Assembly (NCBI GenBank): GCA_965215885.1
Contig: CBDCEW010000068.1
Location: 1 to 49,928 of the forward strand
DNA: 49,928 bases
Origin: Candidatus Moanibacter sp.
Lineage (GTDB): Bacteria; Verrucomicrobiota; Verrucomicrobiia; Opitutales; UBA2987
Reading direction: 5' to 3'
Both the position numbers and the translations under genes were made by a program. Within the stretch, counting starts at the first letter, position 1. Every line of letters begins with the position of its first letter. A model generated the notes under the pieces. It saw only the letters and a program-made list of their open reading frames with translations. It was not told the DNA's origin and did no database searches. Below are positions 9,878 through 19,186 of the stretch, piece after piece.

Positions 9878-10996
9878 ATGAATACGATAAGCGATGACGC
9901 AAAGGCTATTGTCCTTTTATGCGCGCGTTTGTCGGAACGGTCGGACGCTGAACCGCTCCAACAGAAAGAGTATACGCGATTGGTTCAATGGTTAATGGCT
10001 CGAGAACTTCGACCCTCCGATCTGCTTGCTCCGGAAAAACTTGCCGATGCGGATCGGGCTGCGGGTTTTACCAAAGAACGATTGTCCTCCCTTATGGGCA
10101 GAGGAGTACAGCTCGGATTCGCCCTGGAAAAGTGGAATAAAAATGGCATTTGGGTCGTTTGCCGCAGCGACGAGGAGTATCCCGCACGTATTAAGGACCA
10201 GCTGAATGCCAGATCACCCCCAGTCCTGTTTTGCGCAGGGGAGCGTTCTCTTCTCTCAGGCGGGGGACTGGCGATCGTGGGTTCTCGAAATGTGGATGGG
10301 GAGAGCGAAGCGTTCACGCAAAACGTAGCCCAGTGGTGCGCTTACGGAGAGATGACGGTAGTCTCCGGAGGCGCTCGAGGGGTGGACCAGATATCCATGA
10401 AGGCCACATTGAAAGCGGGCGGTTGTGTAATCGGGATCCTTGCGGACAACCTTTTGCGAAAGAGCGTTGCGCGCGATGCGCGGTATGCGATCGCCGACGG
10501 CCGGCTTCTGCTTATTTCGCCCTACCACCCAGATGCCGGGTTTACCGTCGGGACGGCGATGGGGCGCAACAAACTCATCTACGCGATGGCCGATTACGGT
10601 CTTGTGGTTAGCGCGGATCACAACCGGGGCGGAACCTGGGCGGGCGCGAAGGAGGAGTTGAATAGAACCGGTGGTCGACCGGTATTCGTGCGGATGCAGG
10701 GAAAGGTTCCGTTGGGGAATAAGAAGCTTGTCGAAGGTGGTGCGTTTCGGTTTCCACGGATATCCCGGGATAGCGATCCGCAGACAACCTTGAAGGAAGC
10801 CTGTGAATCGTTGCCGGCATCACCTGCCCAGACTCAGGCCCTCTTTGAATACGCGGAGTTGACTGAGAAAGTAAGCGGTGGAGTTGAGGAGGATAAACCG
10901 GATGATCAACCTATGGTGGAAGAACCGGAACCGCCGGAAACGAGCAATGAGCGGGGAAAAGATTCGAAAGCTGAATCGAACGGTCCGGTGTATTAG
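9878..10996 (+). CDS. DprA/SMF-family DNA-processing protein (RqlI-like)
   Basis: LAIVGSR, VVSGGARGVD, AMGRNKLIYA, GGTWAGA. Starts 16 bp after the helicase stop. Acidic low-complexity tail. Confidence 0.9.
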   Translation: MNTISDDAKAIVLLCARLSERSDAEPLQQKEYTRLVQWLMARELRPSDLLAPEKLADADRAAGFTKERLSSLMGRGVQLGFALEKWNKNGIWVVCRSDEEYPARIKDQLNARSPPVLFCAGERSLLSGGGLAIVGSRNVDGESEAFTQNVAQWCAYGEMTVVSGGARGVDQISMKATLKAGGCVIGILADNLLRKSVARDARYAIADGRLLLISPYHPDAGFTVGTAMGRNKLIYAMADYGLVVSADHNRGGTWAGAKEELNRTGGRPVFVRMQGKVPLGNKKLVEGGAFRFPRISRDSDPQTTLKEACESLPASPAQTQALFEYAELTEKVSGGVEEDKPDDQPMVEEPEPPETSNERGKDSKAESNGPVY

Positions 10997-11158
10997 GAGA
11001 GAGAACACTGACCGCCGAAGATGTGGAGAGGGAGAGGAGAGATGAGAGTAGGATACGAGATGCGGGATGTGGGTGGTCCGGGGCAGTAATCAGTATCCAG
11101 GGCAGTGAAGTTTTCAGGTGTCGGGTGCGGACTAAGTGTTGCCGACGAAGGGTAAGGA

Positions 11159-11316
11159 CTAGCCCGGACATTTCACACACATCGTAGCGAGATCGCGTAA
11201 CTTGCTGTGAATCAATGCCTTATCGCAGTCCGTCGGGCGACAGCGTGTTAGAACCCTCAGAGATCGTCCCGGCACGCCGGGATCGCAGCAGATGGTGTGT
11301 GAAATGTCCGGGCTAG
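11159..11316. mobile_element. MITE, 158 bp, perfect 22-bp terminal inverted repeats bounded by CTAG
   Basis: CTAGCCCGGACATTTCACACAC ... GTGTGTGAAATGTCCGGGCTAG, non-coding interior. Confidence 0.85.
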
Positions 11317-11425
11317 GTGTGAATTGCGTCCTGAACACTGAAACCTGACACCCGAAACCTACGAATTCGCACCAACTTTTTGTCTGGACTCGACACGCTT
11401 TGCCGAATGGCAGAAAAGTCCCAAC

Positions 11426-12418
11426 TCAGGCGCAGCGGGGGTCCTGCTTTCCGGTGTCGAAGCCGGTTGTGCCGGGGGTTTTGTAATCGACCTCCTCGAG
11501 GGCGCATTGGGCCTGGTTCCACAACCGGTCCCAGGTGTCGAAGTCGCGCAGTTCGGTATCGGGTTGTGACCTGCTTCGGGCAACAAAGCCGGGAAACCAG
11601 GAGCGTCCGGTTGGCTGGCTGGTCGGGTTGTAACGGAGGTCAAAGCTGAAACGCACGTCTTCGCTTTTGTTGGAGAGTGAGGCGTGCTTGGTCTTTTTGG
11701 TCATGAAGAGGACATCGCCGGCTCTCATGGGCAACGGAATCCGGTTGGGTCCGAGACATTGATCTGGGATTCCCTTGAGTCGGCCACTTTCATGCCGGCA
11801 GTGGGGCGAGATCTGATCTTCCAAATGGCTGCCGGGAGCGACCAGGAGGCAGCCGTTCTCTTCGGTGGCGTCGGATATCGCGATCCACACCGTCAGCATC
11901 CGGGTGTGGTGTGCATCAGGTGTCACCGAAGTGGCATCCTGGTGCCATGGCGTGCGGCTGTTATAGTCGTTTTGTATCTCTTCGGGAACCATCCTCTCGG
12001 GCACTTTGATGCGGACGTGCTGGATGGGGTTCGAGTATATTTCCGGCCCGATGAAATGCTCAACGCCATCCAGCAACCGAGGACTGCGAAGGAGATTGAA
12101 AAGGGCCGGCCCGCGATGCATGAGGCCGGTCTTCCCCGTGAGGCAGATGTCGAAGTAGTCCGTATAACGCACTCTTTCGGAAGCTACTTTGGCCAAACGC
12201 TCCTCGAAGGGGAGATCGTGGTAGGAGGATGAGAGTTCACCGTCCGCGTGCCAGCGGGTCACCAGGACATCAAGCAAGTCCTCGTATTCATCCTTCACTG
12301 GCTGGATGTATTTTGACTCATCGAGTAGTCCTCGGACTACGACGTAGCCATAGTCTTCGAACAGCCTGGTCGCGGTTCCATTAAGAGAGTCGGTGTATGC
12401 TATAGCGGTTTCGGCCAT
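11426..12418 (-). CDS. Phytanoyl-CoA dioxygenase (PhyH) family Fe(II)/2-oxoglutarate dioxygenase
   Basis: TPWHQD (HxD), MLTVWIAISDATEENGCL, PGSH, distal His (KHAS), RFSFDLRY. Confidence 0.92.
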   Translation of the reverse strand: MAETAIAYTDSLNGTATRLFEDYGYVVVRGLLDESKYIQPVKDEYEDLLDVLVTRWHADGELSSSYHDLPFEERLAKVASERVRYTDYFDICLTGKTGLMHRGPALFNLLRSPRLLDGVEHFIGPEIYSNPIQHVRIKVPERMVPEEIQNDYNSRTPWHQDATSVTPDAHHTRMLTVWIAISDATEENGCLLVAPGSHLEDQISPHCRHESGRLKGIPDQCLGPNRIPLPMRAGDVLFMTKKTKHASLSNKSEDVRFSFDLRYNPTSQPTGRSWFPGFVARSRSQPDTELRDFDTWDRLWNQAQCALEEVDYKTPGTTGFDTGKQDPRCA

Positions 12419-12500
12419 GTCCCAGTTGTTAGTGGCTGTCGATGAGATGTCAAAGTTGCTTGGTGGGATATTGCGTACACTCCTCAACCGGATTCCACAC

Positions 12501-13322
12501 CTACTCGTTGCGGTCGTGTGAGAAGAGCAGCGGGAGGTGCTCGTCGTCTGCCAGGATATCGCCGACATCCATGCGCGAATAAACCTCGTTGGGCAGAGCG
12601 CTCTGCCTGCCGTTGAAGGCTGCGTCCTGGGGCATAAAGAGTATGGCGAAGGCGCGACGGGGCCGGATGGTCATGTTGGGCCCCGCGGCGTGGGCAACCA
12701 TGCCGCTAATAAAAATTCCGGCGCCTGCATTGGTCTCGACGGGTCGGGGTTCGATTGCTGACCATTCAGGGTACTCATCAATCAGATCACCGATGCCGGC
12801 CTTGCCAAGCGTTCCGCTGACGTCATTTCGGGCCGTCAGGTGCGAACCGGGAAGGAAATACAGGCAGCCGTTTTGCAGGGTTGCGTCGTCGAGAGCGATC
12901 CAGAGCATAGTGGCCTGCGGGGAATAAAACGGGTCCATGGGGTTGTCGACGTGGAAGTTGGTCGGGTTAGCCCAGGGCAACTTGATCATTGCGTGGTCGT
13001 GATAGAGCCGGACTCCCGCCGCGCCTGAGACTTGGGCGGCCATCCGGCCCAGCCGCGAATCGAGGACGAGTTCCCTGATCCCATCGTGTGTCTTCCAAAG
13101 GTTGACGCACTGAATGAAGACCCGCTTGTAGTAGTTGTCTTCACCGCGCTGGTTGTGGCGTATGTCGCGGCTCGTGGAATCCTGGGCGACGGTTTTGGCA
13201 ACTGCCTCGTCGACTGCCCGCCGCCAGGTTACCAGCTCGCCCGCGTCGAGTAGATCATCGATAGCGAGAAAGCCGTTCTCACGGTAAAATTCGATCTGGG
13301 CATTTGTGAGTGTGGTATTCAT
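12501..13322 (-). CDS. PhyH family dioxygenase
   Basis: FYRENGF, FHVDN (HxD), WIALDDATLQNGCLYFLPGSH, HAAGPNMTIRPRRA. Confidence 0.92.
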   Translation of the reverse strand: MNTTLTNAQIEFYRENGFLAIDDLLDAGELVTWRRAVDEAVAKTVAQDSTSRDIRHNQRGEDNYYKRVFIQCVNLWKTHDGIRELVLDSRLGRMAAQVSGAAGVRLYHDHAMIKLPWANPTNFHVDNPMDPFYSPQATMLWIALDDATLQNGCLYFLPGSHLTARNDVSGTLGKAGIGDLIDEYPEWSAIEPRPVETNAGAGIFISGMVAHAAGPNMTIRPRRAFAILFMPQDAAFNGRQSALPNEVYSRMDVGDILADDEHLPLLFSHDRNE

Positions 13323-13437
13323 TTCAACATTCGGTTGGGAGGATGTGAGAACATTGAGGGAGAATGAATGAGGGAAGAAAGGAATAGTGAACAGGCTATA
13401 GTAAGGAGGTGTGGGAGAAGAGGGAGACGTCAGTCCG

Positions 13438-13770
13438 CTATTTGAAATTCTCGGAAGGGGAGGTCAGGGTCTGGCCGGTGGCGGCGGACTCATCTGCGGC
13501 GATGCAGGCGGCGAGGGTGGAGTAGGCGTCTCGGGGGGTTACCGGCACAGGGGTGTCGCCAGTTAGCGCGGCAAGAAAGGAATCAACGCAACCCCAGCAG
13601 CCCGCGGCGATCTCATCTTCATCCACGGGCAGATCCTCCCAGCGGTCGCCGTCGTCCAACTTAACCTGTGTGTCGAAGACAACGCCACAGGAGGCCACGA
13701 GGAGAAAGTGGTGGGCCGGTTGTTCGCCCTGTGGCCAGTGAGCCTCGTAGCAGATGGCAGTCTGCCCGAT
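13438..13770 (-). pseudogene. C-terminal fragment of Gfo/Idh/MocA oxidoreductase
   Basis: ...SFLAALTGDTPVPVTPRDAYSTLAACIAADESAATGQ is a typical Gfo C-terminus. The upstream part of the ORF is low-complexity repeat DNA with no Rossmann motif. Confidence 0.6.
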
Positions 13771-13985
13771 CAACAGTAGTAAACAGAGGAAAACAGAGGA
13801 GGGAAAGAGAAGAATATGGTGATACTGAATGTAGAAAGGGAATCTGAACAGAAGAAAACAAAGAGAAACGAAGAGGAATAAAAGAGGAAGAGTATGCCTA
13901 CACAGGACTCTGCAGTTCCTCGAATCTGCTGTATTCCTTCTATCATTTCTCGATTTTTTTGTAAGGAGGAGAAAGAATAGAGACA
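13770..13985. repeat. Purine-rich degenerate tandem repeat (AACAGAGGAA-like)
   Basis: AACAGTAGTAAACAGAGGAAAACAGAGG...AACAGAAGAAAACAAAGAGAAACGAAGAGG followed by a complementary pyrimidine tract. Confidence 0.5.
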
Positions 13986-15040
13986 TGAAAGAACCACAGA
14001 GTTTTGTTACCAATGCGATTCATGCGGGCGAGCCGGAGACTTCCTCGGCCACGCCGATTTACTTGAGTGCGACGGCCGATGCCCGCTATGCGCGCGGCGG
14101 CAATCCGACTCTGGATGCGTTTGAGGAGAAAGTCCGAACCCTGGATGGCGGCGCGATGGCGATCTCAACAGCTTGCGGGATGGCCGCTATCAGCCAGACG
14201 CTGTTCACGTTGCTGAAACCAGGGGATCGCCTTGTGGCCCATCAGACGGTGTATCACTGGACGACGCATCTGATAAAGGAGATACTGCCGGGGTTCGGTA
14301 TCGAGGTGGATCTAATCGACATGACCGATCTGGAACAGTTGGAGGGTGCTTTGAAGAAGCCGGCGACGGTCGTTTACTTCGAACCGTTGGCCAACCCCAG
14401 GCTGGATGTTATCGATTCGCTCGCAGCTATCCGAATGGGCCACGATGCCGGCGCCCGGGTGGTCATGGACAATACCTTTCTGACACCCTATCTTTTCAAG
14501 CCGCTCGAACAGGGTGCTGATGTGGTGCTGCACAGCGCCACCAAGTATCTGTCCGGGCACGGCGATGCGCTGGGCGGTATCGTGGTGACGGCAGATGAGG
14601 CGGTCGGCAGGAACATCGTCACGGTACGTAATTCATTGGGTGGAATTCTCAGTCCGGTAAATGGATTTTTCCTCTTGCGCGGGATCAAGACGCTGACGAT
14701 GCGCATGGACCGCCATTGCGCAAATGCCCAGGGAGTCGCGGAGTATCTGGAAGCGCATCCGCGGGTGCTTCGGGTCATCTATCCGGGATTACCGAACTCG
14801 CAGGGGCACGCCATCGCAGCGGCACAGTGGGGGGGCTTCGGCGGGATGGTCTCTTTTCAGGTCGAAGGTCAGGAGCTTCGCGATCAGTTTCTTGAACGGG
14901 TGAAGTTGTGTAAACCTTGGGTCAGCCTGGGTGATGCCGGGTCGCTGGTCTCGGAGCGCGGCGATGACGAGGTGCGCATGTCGGTGGGCCTGGAGGATGT
15001 CGAAGATATTCTGGGGGATCTGGAACAGGCACTAGGGTAG
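13985..15040 (+). CDS. PLP-dependent Cys/Met metabolism enzyme (cystathionine gamma-synthase/methionine gamma-lyase family)
   Basis: YARGGNPT, GMAAI, YFEPLANP, DNTF, HSATKYLSGHGD (PLP lysine), SLGD, RMSVGLED. Confidence 0.93.
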   Translation: MKEPQSFVTNAIHAGEPETSSATPIYLSATADARYARGGNPTLDAFEEKVRTLDGGAMAISTACGMAAISQTLFTLLKPGDRLVAHQTVYHWTTHLIKEILPGFGIEVDLIDMTDLEQLEGALKKPATVVYFEPLANPRLDVIDSLAAIRMGHDAGARVVMDNTFLTPYLFKPLEQGADVVLHSATKYLSGHGDALGGIVVTADEAVGRNIVTVRNSLGGILSPVNGFFLLRGIKTLTMRMDRHCANAQGVAEYLEAHPRVLRVIYPGLPNSQGHAIAAAQWGGFGGMVSFQVEGQELRDQFLERVKLCKPWVSLGDAGSLVSERGDDEVRMSVGLEDVEDILGDLEQALG

Positions 15041-15073
15041 GCCAAGAATCTATAAGATTTTCGCCTACCCTAG
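15032..15073. terminator. Hairpin between convergent genes (possible bidirectional terminator), CTAG-bounded
   Basis: CTAGGGTAGGC...GCCTACCCTAG 11-bp arms plus inner AATCT/AGATT. Overlaps the lyase stop codon. Confidence 0.5.
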
Positions 15074-15203
15074 CCCAGGTTTGAAAAATTGCAGAGTGGT
15101 CTGGTATCGAAATGCAGGTCGAAGAACTATAGATCTGACCAACCTGCCTTATCAAACTCAGACAAGCTCCGTGATTCTTATTTCAGTGCTCGTATAATCT
15201 GAA

Positions 15204-16727
15204 TTACTCATGCTCGAGTGCCGTCCGGAGTTCCTGAGCGCTCCTGGATTTGCGTATGCCGAATGCAACGGCGAGACCGAGGAGCGGAAAGAGGGTGAAG
15301 AAGAGAAAACTTCGCTGGTATGATACGATGGTGGTAAGGGATGCATCGAGATTGTACTGAAGGATGACCCCGGCGAGGGCCGTGCCGAAGACGGACCCGA
15401 GGAAACGAAACATACTATAGAGTCCGGCCGCCGCCCCCATTTCCGATTCGGAAACTTCGTTCAAAGCAGAACGATGCAGTGCCGCCAGCATAAGGCCGGT
15501 GCCCAGTCCGTAGAATACCATATTTGCCGCCACCGTCCAAGTCGGAGCACTCGCCGGCAAACGGGAAAGAACTAAGATAACGATGCCCTGCGCGGCAAGT
15601 CCGATGGTGGCCGGCCAAACGCTGCCGGATCGGTCGGAGATGTGGCCACCGAAACGGACCACGAGGGTCATGGCTCCAGAGCTGATGATGAGGAATCCTC
15701 CCAGCGCTACTGGTCCGAGATGGTGTATGTCGACCAGGTAGAGCGGCATCAATAGACCGAGTCCACCCGTTCCGACCATGCGCATTGAGGCGCAGAACGT
15801 CGACCGAGAAAAAGCAGCGCTGCGAAACATCGCGAAGGAGACGAACGGATTGTCGCGTCCCCTCTCCCACCACCAGAAGGCGGCCAGAAGGCCAAGAGCA
15901 GCAGCCAACAGCCTCCAATCCCGAAGGGAAGCCACACCGGTAACGGCTCGACTCGAGAGGTAGAAAACGAGGCAGGTAAGAGCAAAACTCAAAAGGATTG
16001 CGCCGCCCCAGTCAAACGAACGGAGGAAGGACTGGGATGAAGGATTTTCTTGAGAAGTGTAATCTGGACGTTTTGCCTTTGGAGGCACGCCTCGATATAC
16101 GACCCAGAGCGCCATGACACCGATGACCAGCGGCGGCACGAATCCCGCACGCCATCCCCAGGCAGCGATAAGAAATCCCGCCAGGGGCGCAGCCAGAAAG
16201 CTGGCCGCCGGTCCCGCCACAGTCCAATTGCCAATGAACTTTCCTCGTTCCCCGGGACGGCATAGGCTGGTAATCAGGGCCAAGCTCATCGGCATCATCC
16301 CCGCGAGACCAACCCCTTGAATCACTCTCCCCAACAGCAGCAGTTTCATGCTCCCGGTCGACAGTATGATACAGGTGCCCATAGCGAATACAACAATCCC
16401 CGCAAGGATCAGACGGCGCTTTCCCAAGCCGTCACTCAAACGACCGTAAAGGGGCATCAGAATCATGAATGGCAAGGAGAAGGCGACCGCCACCCACGCT
16501 GTCTCATCTGCCTGTATCTTGAAGTCGTCACGGATGATAGGGAGAGCCACCCGGGTCATCGAAGAGACCATAGGCATCATCATCGCTGGAAGCATCAGGC
16601 TGATGACGATGCGTCTGATCTCTCTTGTAGACGCGTAGTCTTGCATACTGTCGTCCGGATCGTCCGAATTGGAAGACTTCCCCGAATCGAGCTTCGCGGG
16701 TCTATCGTGGGAATCCGGATCCGGCAT
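15204..16727 (-). CDS. MFS transporter (DHA2/EmrB-like, ~14 TM)
   Basis: Motif A GRLSDGLGKRR, GRVIQGVG, FDWGGA, many hydrophobic segments. Confidence 0.9.
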   Translation of the reverse strand: MPDPDSHDRPAKLDSGKSSNSDDPDDSMQDYASTREIRRIVISLMLPAMMMPMVSSMTRVALPIIRDDFKIQADETAWVAVAFSLPFMILMPLYGRLSDGLGKRRLILAGIVVFAMGTCIILSTGSMKLLLLGRVIQGVGLAGMMPMSLALITSLCRPGERGKFIGNWTVAGPAASFLAAPLAGFLIAAWGWRAGFVPPLVIGVMALWVVYRGVPPKAKRPDYTSQENPSSQSFLRSFDWGGAILLSFALTCLVFYLSSRAVTGVASLRDWRLLAAALGLLAAFWWWERGRDNPFVSFAMFRSAAFSRSTFCASMRMVGTGGLGLLMPLYLVDIHHLGPVALGGFLIISSGAMTLVVRFGGHISDRSGSVWPATIGLAAQGIVILVLSRLPASAPTWTVAANMVFYGLGTGLMLAALHRSALNEVSESEMGAAAGLYSMFRFLGSVFGTALAGVILQYNLDASLTTIVSYQRSFLFFTLFPLLGLAVAFGIRKSRSAQELRTALEHE

Positions 16728-16979
16728 CCGATCGAATAAGCTGTGGAGTTGGCGTTGCGGTCAATTCAAAACGCCTGTAAGGGGATGCGGGTTGCGAGAT
16801 AGGTAGGGCGCCGGCGCAGGTCAGGATGAAACTGGATGGCCACGCCCGCTCCTTCGATTCTGCTGAGCGAGACTCAGGGCAAGTAGGGCGGGCTCACATT
16901 GACAGGTGGGGATTGGGAGATCTTGCCAAAACCTTTCAACTCGTGGTGAAATGAGCTCGAGGTTTATTGGTGGAGTGTC

Positions 16980-17882
16980 ATGCGGCATCGAAGACTAGGT
17001 AAAAACGGTCCCGAAGTATCCGTTCTCGGATTCGGAGCATGGCCCGTCGGAGGGGGAATGGGACGCATTGACGAAGCAACTGCGATTCGGACTATTCACT
17101 GCGCCATCGATAACGGTATCACTCTCATCGATACTGCACAGGCCTATCGGAAAAGTGAAGATGTGATCGGACGAGCACTCAAAGGCGGAAATCGAGAACG
17201 CTGCTTTCTGGCGACCACAGTGAGTGGCGGCAACTACACGAGAGAGGCAATGCGCACCGCGATGGAAGAGAGCTTACGAGCGCTTCAAACCGACTATGTG
17301 GACCTTTATCAAATCCACGGTTGGCTTGGTAATATACCGATCGAGGAGCAGATGGGAGCGCTGGCAGAGTTACAGGGGGAGGGCAAAGCCCGGTATACGG
17401 GAGTGTCCAACTATACCGATAAGCAGCTTGCGGCGGCGTTGGATCTCCACGCCTACATTTCCCTCCAACCTCGTTACAACCTGCTGCACCGGGATAGCGA
17501 AGCAACGGTGCTCCCATTCTGCCGGGACCATGGCATCGGTGTTCTGGCGCACTCTACCCTGGCCAAGGGATTGCTCACCGGACACTATCGTGCAGCACAT
17601 GTATTCCCAGATGACGACGAGCGATCAAGATCGGATCAGTTTAGGGGCGAGGCATTCGCTCGCTCGATCGAAACGGCGGATAAGCTCTATGAATTGGCTC
17701 TGGAGAAGGGATTGAGCCTTATTCAGCTAGCGGTTGCCTGGGTATTACGCGAAGAGGTGGTTACCTGCGCACTGGTCGGGGCGAAGACGCCGGAGCAGGT
17801 ATTGGATCATCTTCCCGCCGCTGACGCGCAGCTCTCGACCGAAGACTTGCAACGAATCGATGCGATCCTTGGGCAGAGCTAG
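16980..17882 (+). CDS. Aldo/keto reductase
   Basis: LGFGAW, IDTAQAY, LQTDYVDLYQIH, GVSNY, QPRYNLL, LAKGLLTG. Catalytic Lys position appears as LATTV rather than LATK. Confidence 0.92.
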   Translation: MRHRRLGKNGPEVSVLGFGAWPVGGGMGRIDEATAIRTIHCAIDNGITLIDTAQAYRKSEDVIGRALKGGNRERCFLATTVSGGNYTREAMRTAMEESLRALQTDYVDLYQIHGWLGNIPIEEQMGALAELQGEGKARYTGVSNYTDKQLAAALDLHAYISLQPRYNLLHRDSEATVLPFCRDHGIGVLAHSTLAKGLLTGHYRAAHVFPDDDERSRSDQFRGEAFARSIETADKLYELALEKGLSLIQLAVAWVLREEVVTCALVGAKTPEQVLDHLPAADAQLSTEDLQRIDAILGQS

Positions 17883-17941
17883 CGTGGTCTCCCGTCAATC
17901 CCTTTACACACATGATCGACGTTAGTTCCTCCAGTCCCAGT

Positions 17942-19177
17942 TCACGGCCTTTGCGGGCTTCCGTCGGGTAAACGGGTCTGGGTCCACTCCTCCACGGCGT
18001 CGTGGCAGGGATACTTTGCGGCGAGGTCTTCATCGACATCGATTCCGAGACCAGGGCGGTCGTTGGGATACATGTAGCCGTTCCGCACTTCGGGAGTGCC
18101 GGGAAAGATCTCATAGCAAAGATCGTCGAACCGGCACCACTCCTGTACACCGAAATTCGGTGCCCACAGATCGAGGTGAAGCTGAGCGGCGTGACCCACG
18201 GGCGAGGTGTCGCCGGGTCCATGCCAGGCCGTTCGAATGCCATAGAGATTCGCGAAAGCAGCCACATTTCGCGCCGGAGTCAATCCTCCCATCTGGCTGA
18301 CGTGCATCCGTATGAAGTCGATCAGCCGTTCTTCGATGAGCGGCTGCCACTCGAGGGGGTTATTGAAGAGTTCGCCCATGGCAAGGGGAGTCGTGCAGAC
18401 CTGGCGAATGCGCCGGAACCAGGCGATATCTTCGGGAGCTAAGGCGTCCTCAAGAAAGAAAAGTTTGAATCGTTCGACATCTTTAGCGAATCCTACAGCT
18501 TCAATGGGTTTGAGGCGCTCATGGATATCGTGGAGCAATTCTATCTCCTCCCCCAATTCTCCACGGAGGTATTCGAAGAGCTGGAGATGCGAGCGCATGT
18601 AAACCTTGGGATCGAAATAGGCTCCGCATTGCGCACCTTCCGGGCGGGCGCGCTCCTTCTCAATGCCAATCCCTCCATAGCCCCCCAGTTGCACGCGGAT
18701 ATACTGGTATCCTTCTTCCCGCAGGCTTCGCACACTGTCGGCTGCCTCCTCGAATGATTTGCCCCCTGCGTGGGTATAGCATGCCGCGGCTTCCCGGCAT
18801 TTTCCGCCCAAGAGCTGAAACAACGGCATACCGGCGCGTTTCCCCTTAATATCCCACAAAGCCTGGTCGACGCCAGAGACAGCGTTATTCAGAACAGGAC
18901 CGTTGCGCCAGTAACCGTTTACCATGGACATTTGCCAGATCTCTTCGATCCGGTCGACATCCCGGCCGATCAGGAAAGGTTTGAGATGTTTCTCAATCGC
19001 GGCCACGACGGCGTGATACCTCTGCGTGAAGGTGGCACATCCCACCCCGTAGAGTCCGGGTTCAGATGTGATTATTTTTACCACTACGAAGCGAGCGCCG
19101 GCCGGCTGAGTAGTAATCACCTTCACATCTCTGATCGTAATTATGTCCATCATAAGGTTAGCTTTCCCAATTCCCAT
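17942..19177 (-). CDS. Enolase-superfamily sugar-acid dehydratase (RspA/mannonate dehydratase-like)
   Basis: YWRNGPV, ALWDIKGK, LHDIHER, FFLED, MGELF, WHGPGD, PGLGID. Confidence 0.92.
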   Translation of the reverse strand: MGIGKANLMMDIITIRDVKVITTQPAGARFVVVKIITSEPGLYGVGCATFTQRYHAVVAAIEKHLKPFLIGRDVDRIEEIWQMSMVNGYWRNGPVLNNAVSGVDQALWDIKGKRAGMPLFQLLGGKCREAAACYTHAGGKSFEEAADSVRSLREEGYQYIRVQLGGYGGIGIEKERARPEGAQCGAYFDPKVYMRSHLQLFEYLRGELGEEIELLHDIHERLKPIEAVGFAKDVERFKLFFLEDALAPEDIAWFRRIRQVCTTPLAMGELFNNPLEWQPLIEERLIDFIRMHVSQMGGLTPARNVAAFANLYGIRTAWHGPGDTSPVGHAAQLHLDLWAPNFGVQEWCRFDDLCYEIFPGTPEVRNGYMYPNDRPGLGIDVDEDLAAKYPCHDAVEEWTQTRLPDGSPQRP

Positions 19178-19186
19178 ACTAGTGCA

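Noticed and set aside
9878..10996. Housekeeping competence dprA
   Set aside because: Context (coupled to a RecQ-PRTase, no comM/topA neighbours) and the divergent N-terminus favour an RqlI-like assignment, so no gene symbol was given.
13438..14013. 191-aa membrane protein ORF
   Set aside because: The hydrophobic N-terminal half is translation of a pyrimidine-rich repeat tract; only the C-terminal part resembles a real protein.
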